Shown one piece after another: positions 54,175-63,607 of a stretch of DNA of 64,000 nucleotides. The stretch's first letter is position 1. Each line of letters begins with the position of its first letter. A model generated the notes under the pieces. It was not told where the DNA came from. It searched no databases and saw nothing but the letters and a program-made list of their open reading frames with translations. The stretch is from Acidimicrobiia bacterium. GTDB lineage: Bacteria > Actinomycetota > Acidimicrobiia > Spongiisociales > ZC4RG35. The stretch is from the NCBI GenBank assembly GCA_028284765.1, contig JANQRA010000023.1, positions 96,694-160,693 on the forward strand, read 5' to 3'. The translations under genes and the position numbers were made by a program.

Positions 54175-56337
54175 CTAGGAAAACGCCTGGTAACTCCCAA
54201 CGAGAATCTCGCTGTACCTGATCTCGGGAAACGCTCCGGTGAGGTGACCGGTGGCCTCCTCGAGGATGAGGCCGTCAACACCCAAGCTGAGCACCTTCGC
54301 ATCGCCGAGGCTTATGGCGGCGTGGTAGTAGTCAGCGGTGTTGTTGTAGTCACCCCACTTGAGGCTCCCCGTTATCACCGATCCTCGAGGTGCGTCCGAT
54401 TCGAGAGTGCGCCCATCGTCCATGAGCTCCTCGCCCACGTTGGGACCAACCCCAGATTGGGTTCCCGAGAGGTAGGCACAGAAGTGCACGAACTCGGTGC
54501 TGCTCATAGTCCTCGTCTCCACGGGAACAACTGTCCGCGAAGGAGTCGGGTCAGGCGACCAGCTGAACCACGGCTCATCAAAGACCCGGAGATGCCAGTT
54601 ATTGAAGTGGTAGAGATCCAGGGCAACAGCCGCGAGATCGCGTGAGCCACGGTTGGCTTCGATGACCTTCACAAGACGCCATGCACGCTCGTCCTCGGGG
54701 TCTTCGGGACTCTCAGATTCGAGAAGAGAGCTCCTCACGGCAGGGGCCACCGCCTTTTCTGCGTCTGAGTTGTCGAGACACTCTCGGTAGGCCTCGTACG
54801 CCATATCGGCCGCGCTCTGCGCATCAAACAGGGCCACCTTTGCCTCCTCCGACCTTTCACGTCGCTCCTCCTCTGCGGATAGAGAAGTCGAAAGCAGATG
54901 CTGCAGTTTCTGCTTGTTCTCGATTTGGCGATCGGTCTCCGCTGACAGCTCCTCTCGATACTCGGGACCGTCAACTTGTCTCCACGCTTCTCTGATCTGC
55001 CCGGGCCCAACTTCACCACGACGGAAGTCATCCCAAAGTCGACCCAAACCGACACGGAGAGCGTGCAGATCGCCTGGCGACACATTCGAATCTTGGTCGT
55101 CCTCGCTGGAGCTGGTCTCATCGTCTTCGCACGCTGTAGGCCACTTCCAACAAAGATCCTCGAGTTGCTTCTCTAGGTCCGCACTCAGCTGGCTGGTCAA
55201 TTCGACGTCGTGGATGCTCGACCCGAATTGCGACTCGGCCACCTCGAGATCGCGAAGAGACGATTCCCACAGGTCCCGTTCTGTCGAACACGGGTCCGAT
55301 CGCGATGCCAGCAGGAATCTGGCTCCGACCGCAGCTGCCGCCAGGCCCGACAATCCGAGAAGAACTGCGAGCAGGGGAGGGCCGGAGCCCTCAGAAACGA
55401 GGTCGTCGGTTGCCTCAGTGGTGTCGGAAGCAGTCGAGGTTGTCGTTGTAGGCGCACTTGTTGTCGTGGTCGGGGGAGCCATGTTGCCGACGTCGAGCAA
55501 GCCTGACTCCGGGACCTCCCACAATTCGCCCGGCATCCCGGTTCCGAAGGCTATGAGGGATTCCGACTCCTCTGTTGCGCCGAACCCGCCGTCATGGATG
55601 TGTGCGGCGAAGCCGAACAACAAGTCCGACTGGTCAGCCCCGGCGATATTCGCGCTATCGACGCCGAGAACGATCGTGTCTGCGGCTATCAGCCCGAAGC
55701 CACTGAAGGGGGCCGCAGCGAGCGTTCCGTCGGCCTGCACTTCGTTGAGGCCAAGGTTCCAGGGATTCGGGCCGTAAGTCATGAACGGCATCGACGATGA
55801 GTTCGCCCAAGTGTCGTAGGGAAAGGCTTCCGTTGGCGTCCAAGTCAGTCCGCCCGGTACGGCGATCGGAAAGGACCAGTTCTGGAACAGAAGTAAAGGT
55901 TCTTCTATCGGCACCACCCCGTCTACCTGCGCCCACATCAACAGGTACTCGACCTCGCTCTCCGGACCACCCGAAGCTACGAACAAGGCATCGTCGATGA
56001 CTGAGGGTTCGTCGGGAAACTGTGGTGTGTCCTCATCTGACATCCATACCGCACGGGCAAAACCGATTCGGGTTGGGACTCCCCACGGCTCGGACTCAGG
56101 ATCAATAGTCGGAGGATCGAGTGACGAAGCGAAGTTGAAAAGCGTCGGCTCTTCCAAGTCGAGGGTGTTCGCGAACACCAACTCCATATCGAACGAGTCG
56201 AAGTTGAGGCGCTCGAACGCAGCAATGAGACTCGCATCGGTTGGGTCCAGCTCTTGAGCAGCTGCTCCAGGAGCGCTCAACAACAACACCGCTAGGAGCA
56301 GCGCTGCCGCCTTAGATGTCGGCCTGATCCTTCTCAT
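54175..56337 (-). CDS. Orphan bitopic protein (about 720 aa): signal peptide, extracytoplasmic domain, Thr-rich stalk, TM helix, cytoplasmic coiled-coil and globular C-terminal domain
   Basis: Start at ATG 56337 gives MRRIRPTSKAAALLLAVLLLSAPGAAAQ. Stalk PPTTTTSAPTTTTSTAS, then TM helix PLLAVLLGLSGLAAAAVGARFLL. I recognise no family motif. Confidence 0.6.
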   Translation of the reverse strand: MRRIRPTSKAAALLLAVLLLSAPGAAAQELDPTDASLIAAFERLNFDSFDMELVFANTLDLEEPTLFNFASSLDPPTIDPESEPWGVPTRIGFARAVWMSDEDTPQFPDEPSVIDDALFVASGGPESEVEYLLMWAQVDGVVPIEEPLLLFQNWSFPIAVPGGLTWTPTEAFPYDTWANSSSMPFMTYGPNPWNLGLNEVQADGTLAAAPFSGFGLIAADTIVLGVDSANIAGADQSDLLFGFAAHIHDGGFGATEESESLIAFGTGMPGELWEVPESGLLDVGNMAPPTTTTSAPTTTTSTASDTTEATDDLVSEGSGPPLLAVLLGLSGLAAAAVGARFLLASRSDPCSTERDLWESSLRDLEVAESQFGSSIHDVELTSQLSADLEKQLEDLCWKWPTACEDDETSSSEDDQDSNVSPGDLHALRVGLGRLWDDFRRGEVGPGQIREAWRQVDGPEYREELSAETDRQIENKQKLQHLLSTSLSAEEERRERSEEAKVALFDAQSAADMAYEAYRECLDNSDAEKAVAPAVRSSLLESESPEDPEDERAWRLVKVIEANRGSRDLAAVALDLYHFNNWHLRVFDEPWFSWSPDPTPSRTVVPVETRTMSSTEFVHFCAYLSGTQSGVGPNVGEELMDDGRTLESDAPRGSVITGSLKWGDYNNTADYYHAAISLGDAKVLSLGVDGLILEEATGHLTGAFPEIRYSEILVGSYQAFS

Positions 56338-57625
56338 CCGTTGACTCCACAGCCACGTCGCCAGGATCGTGATTCTTCTTGAAGTCGGGACCGTACGTAT
56401 CTGTCCAGATGACTGTTGTGAATAGCCAGAGGGCACACGCGATCAGAACCAAAGGGAAGAGTCTCGCCACCCACGGGTAAGTCTCCTCGGAGTCTCCAAG
56501 CCATCCTCCGATCAGGGCTCCAAGCGGCAGCGTGGCCCACCCAATAGCCCTCGCCGCGGTGATCACGCGACCCAACATGGCCTCGCCTGCGTAGATCTGG
56601 CGGATGGTCGCGAGCGGAATGTTGATCAGCGATATACCGAACATGAACAGGAAGAGCAGCGCCATAGCCACCAATCCGTACGTGGTGAACATGACAGCCA
56701 GCAGAGCGACCCCTGCGCCAGCCAGACCGATTGTCATGGCTCTTCCGAGACCGAATCGGCGAGTGAGGGCCGGTGCGTAGAGAGCACCGATCAGTCCTCC
56801 GGCCCCCATGGAGAAGAACAGAATCCCGATTTCCGTTTCATCTTGGGCGGCGAGAACGACTGTCGCGAGGATGACGATGGTTGCTTCGAGAAACCCGACC
56901 ACGAAGTTGGGAACAGCTGACGAGATCGTCGAGATACGGAGTCTTGGCTCGCTCCAAAGATGGCTGATCCCTGCTCGAAACTCCGTGAAGAACGGAGCGC
57001 GCTCGTGATCGGGGTCTCTGTGATGGGAAACCCGCCCGACGTACTTGAGCATCCAGGCTGAGACCAAGAAGGTCAGGCCGTTGACGAAGAGGCCGACAGC
57101 CGGCCCGGCAAAGGCGGTAGCCAGGAGGCCACCGAGAAGGGGACCGAGGGCGAAATTGGCTTGGATCGAAACCGTGACGAACGAGTTGGCATCCGCCAGT
57201 CGATCCTTCGGTACCAGCGCGGGGATGATCGCATAGAGCGCGCCGTCGAAGAACGTGGTCATCGATCCGATGAGGAACGCCATCACGAAGACGGTGCCGA
57301 CGCCGTAGCTGCCAACTTGAGCGGCCAGGTAGAAGAAGGCGGTCGCTCGAAGAAGGTCGGTTGCGATCATCACCGGGCGAAGATGAACCCGGTCGAGGAG
57401 GACTCCGCCGACCAGGCCGACTAGAAGCGTTGGTGCCGTCTCGGCCGCGTAGGCGATGGCGAATTCGAAGGTGCTGAGGTCCTCGTCAGCAGCCTCCTGG
57501 ATGAACAGGATCAGCAGGGGAATCGTGATGACGGCCACGGAGGTGCCGAGTTGGGAGATCGTCTGGCCCACCCACAGAGCGAGATACCTCGGGCCCAATG
57601 ACCGCAAACTGGCTACGAAATGCAC
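56312..57625 (-). CDS. MFS transporter
   Basis: About 12 TM helices and an N-terminus SLGPRYLALWVGQTISQLGT, typical of the MFS_3/EntS-like group. GTG 57625 was chosen because ATG 57697 would overlap the divergent gene. Confidence 0.8.
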   Translation of the reverse strand: MHFVASLRSLGPRYLALWVGQTISQLGTSVAVITIPLLILFIQEAADEDLSTFEFAIAYAAETAPTLLVGLVGGVLLDRVHLRPVMIATDLLRATAFFYLAAQVGSYGVGTVFVMAFLIGSMTTFFDGALYAIIPALVPKDRLADANSFVTVSIQANFALGPLLGGLLATAFAGPAVGLFVNGLTFLVSAWMLKYVGRVSHHRDPDHERAPFFTEFRAGISHLWSEPRLRISTISSAVPNFVVGFLEATIVILATVVLAAQDETEIGILFFSMGAGGLIGALYAPALTRRFGLGRAMTIGLAGAGVALLAVMFTTYGLVAMALLFLFMFGISLINIPLATIRQIYAGEAMLGRVITAARAIGWATLPLGALIGGWLGDSEETYPWVARLFPLVLIACALWLFTTVIWTDTYGPDFKKNHDPGDVAVESTDEKDQADI

Positions 57626-57684
57626 CTTTCGGCACGTTACCCCTGGGTGGCGGACTGTCCAGCGCTTGTTAGATTCTTTGCCAC

Positions 57685-57987
57685 ATGACCGATCCACGTG
57701 AGATCCCGCAACTGACGAGCGAACTCGTCGAGATGTCGCGGGAGTATCTGCGACAAGAGACGATTGAACCAGCGAAGGCCCTCGGCAAAGAGGCCGGGAT
57801 GGGCGTCGGTGGTGCTCTTGTCATGGCGATCGGAGCGATCTGCCTGACCTGGGGCTTTTATTATGGGCTCATTTGGGCGTTGCCCGAAGGGGAGTGGTGG
57901 GTCGTGTTATCGAGGCTCCTCACAGCGCTCGCAGCCGCTGGTGCAGCTGGAATCGTCGGATGGAGGATCTCCGTTGACAGTCAGTAG
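57685..57987 (+). CDS. Small membrane protein (actinobacterial holin-X/DUF1469-like)
   Basis: 100 aa with an amphipathic N-terminus and two TM helices (GVGGALVMAIGAICLTWGFYYGLIW, LLTALAAAGAAGIVGW). Confidence 0.5.
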   Translation: MTDPREIPQLTSELVEMSREYLRQETIEPAKALGKEAGMGVGGALVMAIGAICLTWGFYYGLIWALPEGEWWVVLSRLLTALAAAGAAGIVGWRISVDSQ

Positions 57988-58168
57988 AGAAGACATTGAG
58001 GCCAAGGCTTTGGAGCTGTCGGGAGCTCTGGACACCACAAGAGAACAGGCCAAGAACACTGCCGTCGTGGGAGTTGTGGCCATTGCAGGCCTTGTCGCGT
58101 TGTCTTTCATCGTCGGCCGACGCCGCGGCAAGCGGTCGAAGACCGTGGTCGAGGTCTACCGCACCTAG
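57974..58168 (+). CDS. Small C-terminally anchored membrane protein (64 aa)
   Basis: TTG 57974 lies 5 nt after GGAGGA and overlaps the upstream stop. Hydrophilic helix, then TM helix VVGVVAIAGLVALSFIV, then a basic tail. Confidence 0.45.
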   Translation: MTVSREDIEAKALELSGALDTTREQAKNTAVVGVVAIAGLVALSFIVGRRRGKRSKTVVEVYRT

Positions 58169-58171
58169 TTG

Positions 58172-58450
58172 CTAAAGCTCCGGATCTGGCTCTCGGATTT
58201 CGAGCCGGGTCGGAGTTCCCGGTTTGGCGTTTCTCACCGTCACGTGGGTGCCCGGAGCCAATACTTGGCTGTAGATCAGTTCTTTGCGCGGTCGGGTCCT
58301 GCGCATGTATGTGAAGCCGAGGAGTGCCAGGCCAAGGACCAGATCGGTCCGGTCGCCCGTTCGCAACCCGGTTAGCGTCCTTCGATAGCCCGCCGTGAAA
58401 GCCGTGGGACCCCCTAAAAGTTCCTCTGTCATGTCAGTGATGCGAGACAT
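58172..58450 (-). CDS. Hypothetical protein (92 aa)
   Basis: An ORF with one hydrophobic segment (DLVLGLALLGFTYM). No recognised motif. Confidence 0.4.
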   Translation of the reverse strand: MSRITDMTEELLGGPTAFTAGYRRTLTGLRTGDRTDLVLGLALLGFTYMRRTRPRKELIYSQVLAPGTHVTVRNAKPGTPTRLEIREPDPEL

Positions 58451-58492
58451 TGTGTCTACCGTTGCCTTTCAATCCTCAACCATTAAAACACC

Positions 58493-58588
58493 ATGCAGAA
58501 CAAGAAGTTTGTCCGAGTTGTCATCTGGGTCGTCGTCATCGGGATGGTCTTGAGCCTGGCTGCGTTCGGGATCTCAGTCTTCGCGTGA
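58493..58588 (+). CDS. Possible 31-aa hydrophobic peptide
   Basis: Hand translation: MQNKKFVRVVIWVVVIGMVLSLAAFGISVFA. Its TGA overlaps the GTG start of trmI (GTGA). No clear SD. Confidence 0.3.
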   Translation: MQNKKFVRVVIWVVVIGMVLSLAAFGISVFA

Positions 58589-59388
58589 AGTTCGCCGAGG
58601 GCGACCCGGCGCTTCTGATCGACAGCAAAGGCCGGCATTTCTTACTCAGGCTCGATCCCGGGCGCACCTTCCAGTTTCACCAAGGGAGCGTTCCTCACGC
58701 GGACCTGATTGGTGCTGAGGATGGCACCTGGGTCTCATCGTCCAACGGGGCATCACTGTTGCTCTTGAGCCCCCGATTGCCTGACTTCGTCCTCAAGATG
58801 AAACGTGGGGCCCAGGTGGTCTATCCCAAGGATGTGGGTCCAATCCTGGTCTATGGCGATGTTGCACCCGGTCATACGGTCCTAGAAGCCGGCACCGGGT
58901 CAGGGGCTTTGACGTTGGGTTTGGTTCGAGCAGTTGGGCCTTACGGCAAGGTGGTCACCGTTGACAAGCGTGAAGACCACTCTGCGCACGCTGCGAAGAC
59001 CCTCGATCGCTTCTTTGGTGGGATGCCGGAGACCGTGGAGATGGTGGTCGGAGACGTCACTGACTTCGTCGAGTCCGTGAAGCCGGACCGGCTGGTGCTC
59101 GATCTGCCGGAGCCTTGGCACGCAATCGCAGTGGCAGCCGATCACATGCCCGGGGGTGGGGTGGTAGCTGCTTACCTGCCAACTGTCCCTCAGGTTCAGA
59201 AAACCGTGTCGGAGGCCGAAGAGACGGGAGGGTATTCGGAGGTCGAGGTGAAGGAATTTCTGCACAGAGAATGGAACGTCAGCGGTCGTTCAGTGCGGCC
59301 GGAACACCAGATGGTCGGGCACACGGGGTTCCTTGTCTTCATGAGAAAAACGGCACCAAAACCCAACGCAGCTAACCCGAAGAAGTAG
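58585..59388 (+). CDS. trmI: tRNA (adenine58-N1)-methyltransferase TrmI
   Basis: From GTG 58585: VKFAEGDPALLIDSKGRHFLL... and the SAM motif VLEAGTGSGALTLGL. Conserved position upstream of arc. Confidence 0.85.
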   Translation: MKFAEGDPALLIDSKGRHFLLRLDPGRTFQFHQGSVPHADLIGAEDGTWVSSSNGASLLLLSPRLPDFVLKMKRGAQVVYPKDVGPILVYGDVAPGHTVLEAGTGSGALTLGLVRAVGPYGKVVTVDKREDHSAHAAKTLDRFFGGMPETVEMVVGDVTDFVESVKPDRLVLDLPEPWHAIAVAADHMPGGGVVAAYLPTVPQVQKTVSEAEETGGYSEVEVKEFLHREWNVSGRSVRPEHQMVGHTGFLVFMRKTAPKPNAANPKK

Positions 59389-59439
59389 CCAGAGGCGTTC
59401 GTATACTGACTTGAGGCGACCGAAAGCCAGGAGGTAGCC

Positions 59440-61161
59440 GTGGAAGAAGGACGATCACAAGAGGATGCGGCGCAACTTCGTAAAGTTGTGACCGCACTTG
59501 AAGAGGAAGTCTCGTTCCTGCGACGCCGTTTGCGTGAGGCCCCGGAACGAACCGAAGAACTCGAAAAGGAGCTGTCGCGTGTCCGCGATCGGCTCGACCG
59601 CGCCGCTTCCCAGAACGACAAGCTGGCCAACCTCCTCGAAGAGGCCAGGGAACAGCTGGGTGTGCTCAGAGAAGAGGTCGAGAAGCTCACTCAGCCACCA
59701 AACAACTTCGGAACTGTGCTCAATGTTTCAGACGACGGCACGGTTGACGTCCTGACCGGAAACCGAAAGCTAAGGGTGGCTGCCCAACCCAGCGTGGAGG
59801 TCAAGAAGCTCCAAGTCGGCCAGGAAGTCCTCCTAAATGAGGCCTTCAACATCATCGACGTGCGGTATTTCGAGGCGGCGGGCGACATCCTGCGAGTCCG
59901 CGAGGTAATGGCGGACGGTCGCGTCGTTGTAATCGCTCACGCTGACGAAGAGCGGGTGCTGAAGCGGTCGGAAGCGATGGCTGACACATACCTGCGGGCT
60001 GGGGACTACGTGCGGATCGACCCCAAAACAAGCCTGATTCTCGAGAAGCTCGAGCGCCCCGAAGTAGAAGAACTCGTCCTCGAAGAGGTGCCCGACATTA
60101 CGTATCTCGACGTGGGCGGCTTGGCCGAGCAGATCGAAATGATTCGGGACACGGTCGAGCTTCCTTACATGCACCGTGATCTCTTCAAGGAGTACGAGCT
60201 GGAGCCGCCCAAGGGCATCCTTTTGTACGGCCCCCCAGGGTGTGGGAAGACGCTCATCGCGAAAGCCGTCGCCAACTCACTCGCCAAGAAGGTCTCGGAG
60301 CGAACCGGAGATCCCGACGTTCGATCCTTCTTCTTGAACATCAAGGGACCTGAGCTGCTCAACAAATGGGTCGGAGAGACCGAGCGCCAGATACGTCTCA
60401 TCTTCCAGCGCGCCAAAGAGAAGTCGGATCAAGGTGTCCCGGTAATTGTCTTCTTCGACGAGATGGACTCCCTCTTCCGCACCAGAGGCACCGGCATCAG
60501 CTCCGACGTCGAATCGACAATCGTTCCTCAGTTGCTTTCTGAGTTGGATGGTGTCGAGTCGCTGAAGAACGTCGTGGTCATCGGCGCATCAAACCGCGAA
60601 GACCTGATCGACCCCGCCATTCTCCGACCGGGGCGTCTCGACGTGAAGATCAAGATCAACCGACCCGATCCAGAGTCGGCGCGAGAGATCTTCAGGATCT
60701 ACATGACCGATGAGACTCCCATCGAAGAAAGCGAGATTGGAGACGGAGAGGTCGGCGAGGCCATTGAACGGATGATCGCCCAAACCGTGGAGGACATGTA
60801 CTCCGAGGGTCCGGAGAACGAGTTCCTCGAAGTCACCTATGCGAACGGCGATCGTGAGACCCTGTACTTCAAGGACTTCGCCAGCGGGGCCATGATTGAG
60901 AACATCGTGCGTCGAGCGAAGAAGGACGCCATCAAACGTCAGATCGCAGGCGGCCCGATTGGTGTCCGGACATCTGATCTCAAGGCGGCGATCAAGCAGG
61001 AATTCACCGAGCATGAAGATCTCCCGAATACGACCAATCCCGACGACTGGGCAAAGATCTCCGGTAAGAAGGGCGAGCGGATCGTTTATGTGCGGACGCT
61101 CGTTGGTGGGGACGAGGAGAGTCGCCTCATCGAGAAGGTCTCGGGCGGCCAGTACCTCTGA
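59440..61161 (+). CDS. arc: Proteasome-associated AAA ATPase ARC/Mpa
   Basis: N-terminal coiled coil, Walker A GPPGCGKT, Walker [10 protein letters not shown] and the C-terminal tail GGQYL. Confidence 0.95.
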   Translation: MEEGRSQEDAAQLRKVVTALEEEVSFLRRRLREAPERTEELEKELSRVRDRLDRAASQNDKLANLLEEAREQLGVLREEVEKLTQPPNNFGTVLNVSDDGTVDVLTGNRKLRVAAQPSVEVKKLQVGQEVLLNEAFNIIDVRYFEAAGDILRVREVMADGRVVVIAHADEERVLKRSEAMADTYLRAGDYVRIDPKTSLILEKLERPEVEELVLEEVPDITYLDVGGLAEQIEMIRDTVELPYMHRDLFKEYELEPPKGILLYGPPGCGKTLIAKAVANSLAKKVSERTGDPDVRSFFLNIKGPELLNKWVGETERQIRLIFQRAKEKSDQGVPVIVFFDEMDSLFRTRGTGISSDVESTIVPQLLSELDGVESLKNVVVIGASNREDLIDPAILRPGRLDVKIKINRPDPESAREIFRIYMTDETPIEESEIGDGEVGEAIERMIAQTVEDMYSEGPENEFLEVTYANGDRETLYFKDFASGAMIENIVRRAKKDAIKRQIAGGPIGVRTSDLKAAIKQEFTEHEDLPNTTNPDDWAKISGKKGERIVYVRTLVGGDEESRLIEKVSGGQYL

Positions 61162-62630
61162 TGGCCCTCCACAAAGTACTCGGCACCGAAACCGAGTACG
61201 GGATAGTTGTGCGAGGCGATCCTGGCTTCAATCCTGCCGTCGCATCGTCCCTGGTGGTCAACAGCTATCCGGGTGAGAGAGTCAAGGTCCAATGGTCGTA
61301 TGAAGAGGAGTCTCCCGGCCGCGACGCACGCGGATTCGGGCATGACACATACGGCCTGATCGATCCGGAAGGAGCGGTCGTCAACTCGGTGTTGTCGAAC
61401 GGGGCTCGTTTGTACGTCGACCATGCCCATCCCGAATACTCGGGACCCGAGAGCTTCGATCCCAAAGAAGCCGCGTTGTACGACAAGGCGGGTGAGGTGG
61501 TCATGCACCTCGCGTCGGTGGCGGCCTCCGAAGCCTCCGGTCGCGAGCTCTCGCTCTACAAAAACAACTCGGATGGCAAGGGCAACTCCTATGGCTCGCA
61601 CGAGAACTACCTGCTGAGCCGCGAAACGCCCTTCGGAGACGTGATCAGATACGCAATGACCTTCATGGTCACCCGTCAGATCTTCACAGGAGCCGGAAAG
61701 GTCGGTAAGGAAAACGACCGCGAAGACGTTGACTTCCAGATCACACAACGTGCTGACTTCTTTGAAGAAGAGGTCGGTCTCGAAACCACGCTCAAGCGGC
61801 CGATCATCAACACCCGCGACGAACCCCATGGCGATCCAGCCACCTACCGCCGTCTTCACGTGATCATCGGGGACGCCAATCTCAGCGAATACCAGAACTT
61901 CTTGAAGCTCGGTTCAACGGCCCTGATGCTGGCCGCTGTCGAGGATGGAGCCCTTCCTGACTCACTCGATCTTTTCGACCCGGTCGAGGCGTGCTGGCAG
62001 GTGAGCCACGACCTCAGTCTGAGTCGACCTCTCGAGCTCGACGGAGGAGGGTCGGCAACAGCTCTCGAGCTTCAGCATCGCTATCTGGAATGGCTAACCA
62101 AGTACGTAGAGAAAGAACTCGATGACCCTGTCTGGACCGAGGTGATCGAAGAGTGGGAGCGAACCCTCAACCTGCTCGAAACGAACCCGGACAAACTGGC
62201 AGATACGCTGGACTGGGCTGCCAAAAAGAGGATGCTCGAGGGTTTCCGAGACCGAGACGGACTTGAGTGGACCAACTCGAAGTTGAGAGCGCTAGACCTT
62301 CAATATCACGATGTGAATCCGCAACGGGGCCTCTACCAACGGCTTGCCAACAGAGGCTCGATGCGCCGTCTCTTCACTGACGACGAGATCGAGCAAGCTA
62401 CAACCGCACCGCCCAAGAGGACGCGGGCCTATTTCAGAGGAAGATGTGTCAGTGATTTCTCCGATTCGCTGGTGGCTGCAAACTGGGATTCACTGGTCTT
62501 CGACGTTGGCGAGTCTCACCTCAAACGGGTTCCTATGATGGAACCACTTCGTGGAGTCGAGTCTCTAGTAGGAGAGGTCCTAGACGAAGCTGAAGACGCC
62601 GCAGACCTGCTGCGACGTCTGGAAGGATGA
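61161..62630 (+). CDS. dop: Pup deamidase/depupylase Dop
   Basis: The N-terminus KVLGTETEYGI belongs to the Dop/PafA family. Called Dop from its position between arc and pup. Confidence 0.85.
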   Translation: MALHKVLGTETEYGIVVRGDPGFNPAVASSLVVNSYPGERVKVQWSYEEESPGRDARGFGHDTYGLIDPEGAVVNSVLSNGARLYVDHAHPEYSGPESFDPKEAALYDKAGEVVMHLASVAASEASGRELSLYKNNSDGKGNSYGSHENYLLSRETPFGDVIRYAMTFMVTRQIFTGAGKVGKENDREDVDFQITQRADFFEEEVGLETTLKRPIINTRDEPHGDPATYRRLHVIIGDANLSEYQNFLKLGSTALMLAAVEDGALPDSLDLFDPVEACWQVSHDLSLSRPLELDGGGSATALELQHRYLEWLTKYVEKELDDPVWTEVIEEWERTLNLLETNPDKLADTLDWAAKKRMLEGFRDRDGLEWTNSKLRALDLQYHDVNPQRGLYQRLANRGSMRRLFTDDEIEQATTAPPKRTRAYFRGRCVSDFSDSLVAANWDSLVFDVGESHLKRVPMMEPLRGVESLVGEVLDEAEDAADLLRRLEG

Positions 62631-62633
62631 AAG

Positions 62634-62822
62634 ATGTCTGATCGCGAACGCAGCCAAGGCGAAAGCCGGCGCAAAGAAACCGAAGAAGAGCAATCGACTG
62701 AAGCGGTCGAAACCGAAGCCGACACCGAGGCTTTGGACGACCTGCTCGACGAGATCGATGAGGTTCTCGAAGAAAACGCTGAAGAGTTCGTCAAGAACTA
62801 CGTCCAGAAGGGTGGCGAGTGA
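62634..62822 (+). CDS. pup: Prokaryotic ubiquitin-like protein Pup (C-terminal GGE)
   Basis: 62 aa, acidic and predicted disordered, ending in ...[13 protein letters not shown]. Confidence 0.93.
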   Translation: MSDRERSQGESRRKETEEEQSTEAVETEADTEALDDLLDEIDEVLEENAEEFVKNYVQKGGE

Positions 62823-63607
62823 CCGACCGTCCGTTCGGGCCACTCCCTCTAGATATTCCAGCTCCCGGGTCGAGTTTCTCCGACCTTCTGGAGAGTGTTG
62901 GAGCGGCCCCAAAGCTGACATTGCCCGAAGGTGCAGTCTCCGCACCTGAGGGAACGACTGTCCTTGCCCTCAAGTATGACGGTGGAGTTGTCATGGCCGG
63001 CGACCGGCGGGCGACTGAGGGCCATTTGGTCGCTCATCGGCGTATCCGCAAGGTTTTCCCCGCTGATCGCCAGTCAGCGGTGGCCATCGCCGGCACTGCT
63101 GGCCTGGCTATCGACATGGTGCGACTGTTCCAGGTCGAGTTGGAGCACTACGAGAAAATCGAAGGTCTGGCCCTTTCTCTGGAGGGCAAGGCTTCGTTCC
63201 TCGCCCGCCTCGTGAGAGGCCAACTCCCTTTGGCCATGCAGGGCCTTGTCGTCGTGCCACTGTTCGCCGGATACGACACCCGCGACGAGTCCGGCAAGGT
63301 CTACACGTTCGACGTTGTCGGCGGCAGATACGAAGAAACCGATTTCGGCAGCACTGGTTCGGGTTCCCGGTTGGCCAAGGCCTACCTGCGCACGGTTTAC
63401 GAGGAGGCCTTGGACGGCAGCACCGCCGTCGAGATAGCCGTCAACGCCCTGGTATCCGCCTCTAGAGAAGACACAGCCACTGGAGGCCCCGATCTGCGAC
63501 GAGGGATTCTTCCGAACATCGTCCGCATCGATTCGTCCGGGCTCGAAGAGATGAGCGACGACGTGTTGTTCCCGCTCGCGGAAGCCGCAGTGGAGAGTGT
63601 GAGATGA
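62819..63607 (+). CDS. prcB: 20S proteasome beta subunit
   Basis: Propeptide followed by [20 protein letters not shown] (Thr-1 nucleophile context). Confidence 0.93.
   Translation: MTDRPFGPLPLDIPAPGSSFSDLLESVGAAPKLTLPEGAVSAPEGTTVLALKYDGGVVMAGDRRATEGHLVAHRRIRKVFPADRQSAVAIAGTAGLAIDMVRLFQVELEHYEKIEGLALSLEGKASFLARLVRGQLPLAMQGLVVVPLFAGYDTRDESGKVYTFDVVGGRYEETDFGSTGSGSRLAKAYLRTVYEEALDGSTAVEIAVNALVSASREDTATGGPDLRRGILPNIVRIDSSGLEEMSDDVLFPLAEAAVESVR

Noticed and set aside
57685-58450. The holin-like small membrane protein cluster as a possible prophage lysis cassette
   Set aside because: No endolysin, capsid, tail or integrase genes are nearby. The holin-X/DUF1469 family is common as a chromosomal small membrane protein in actinobacteria.
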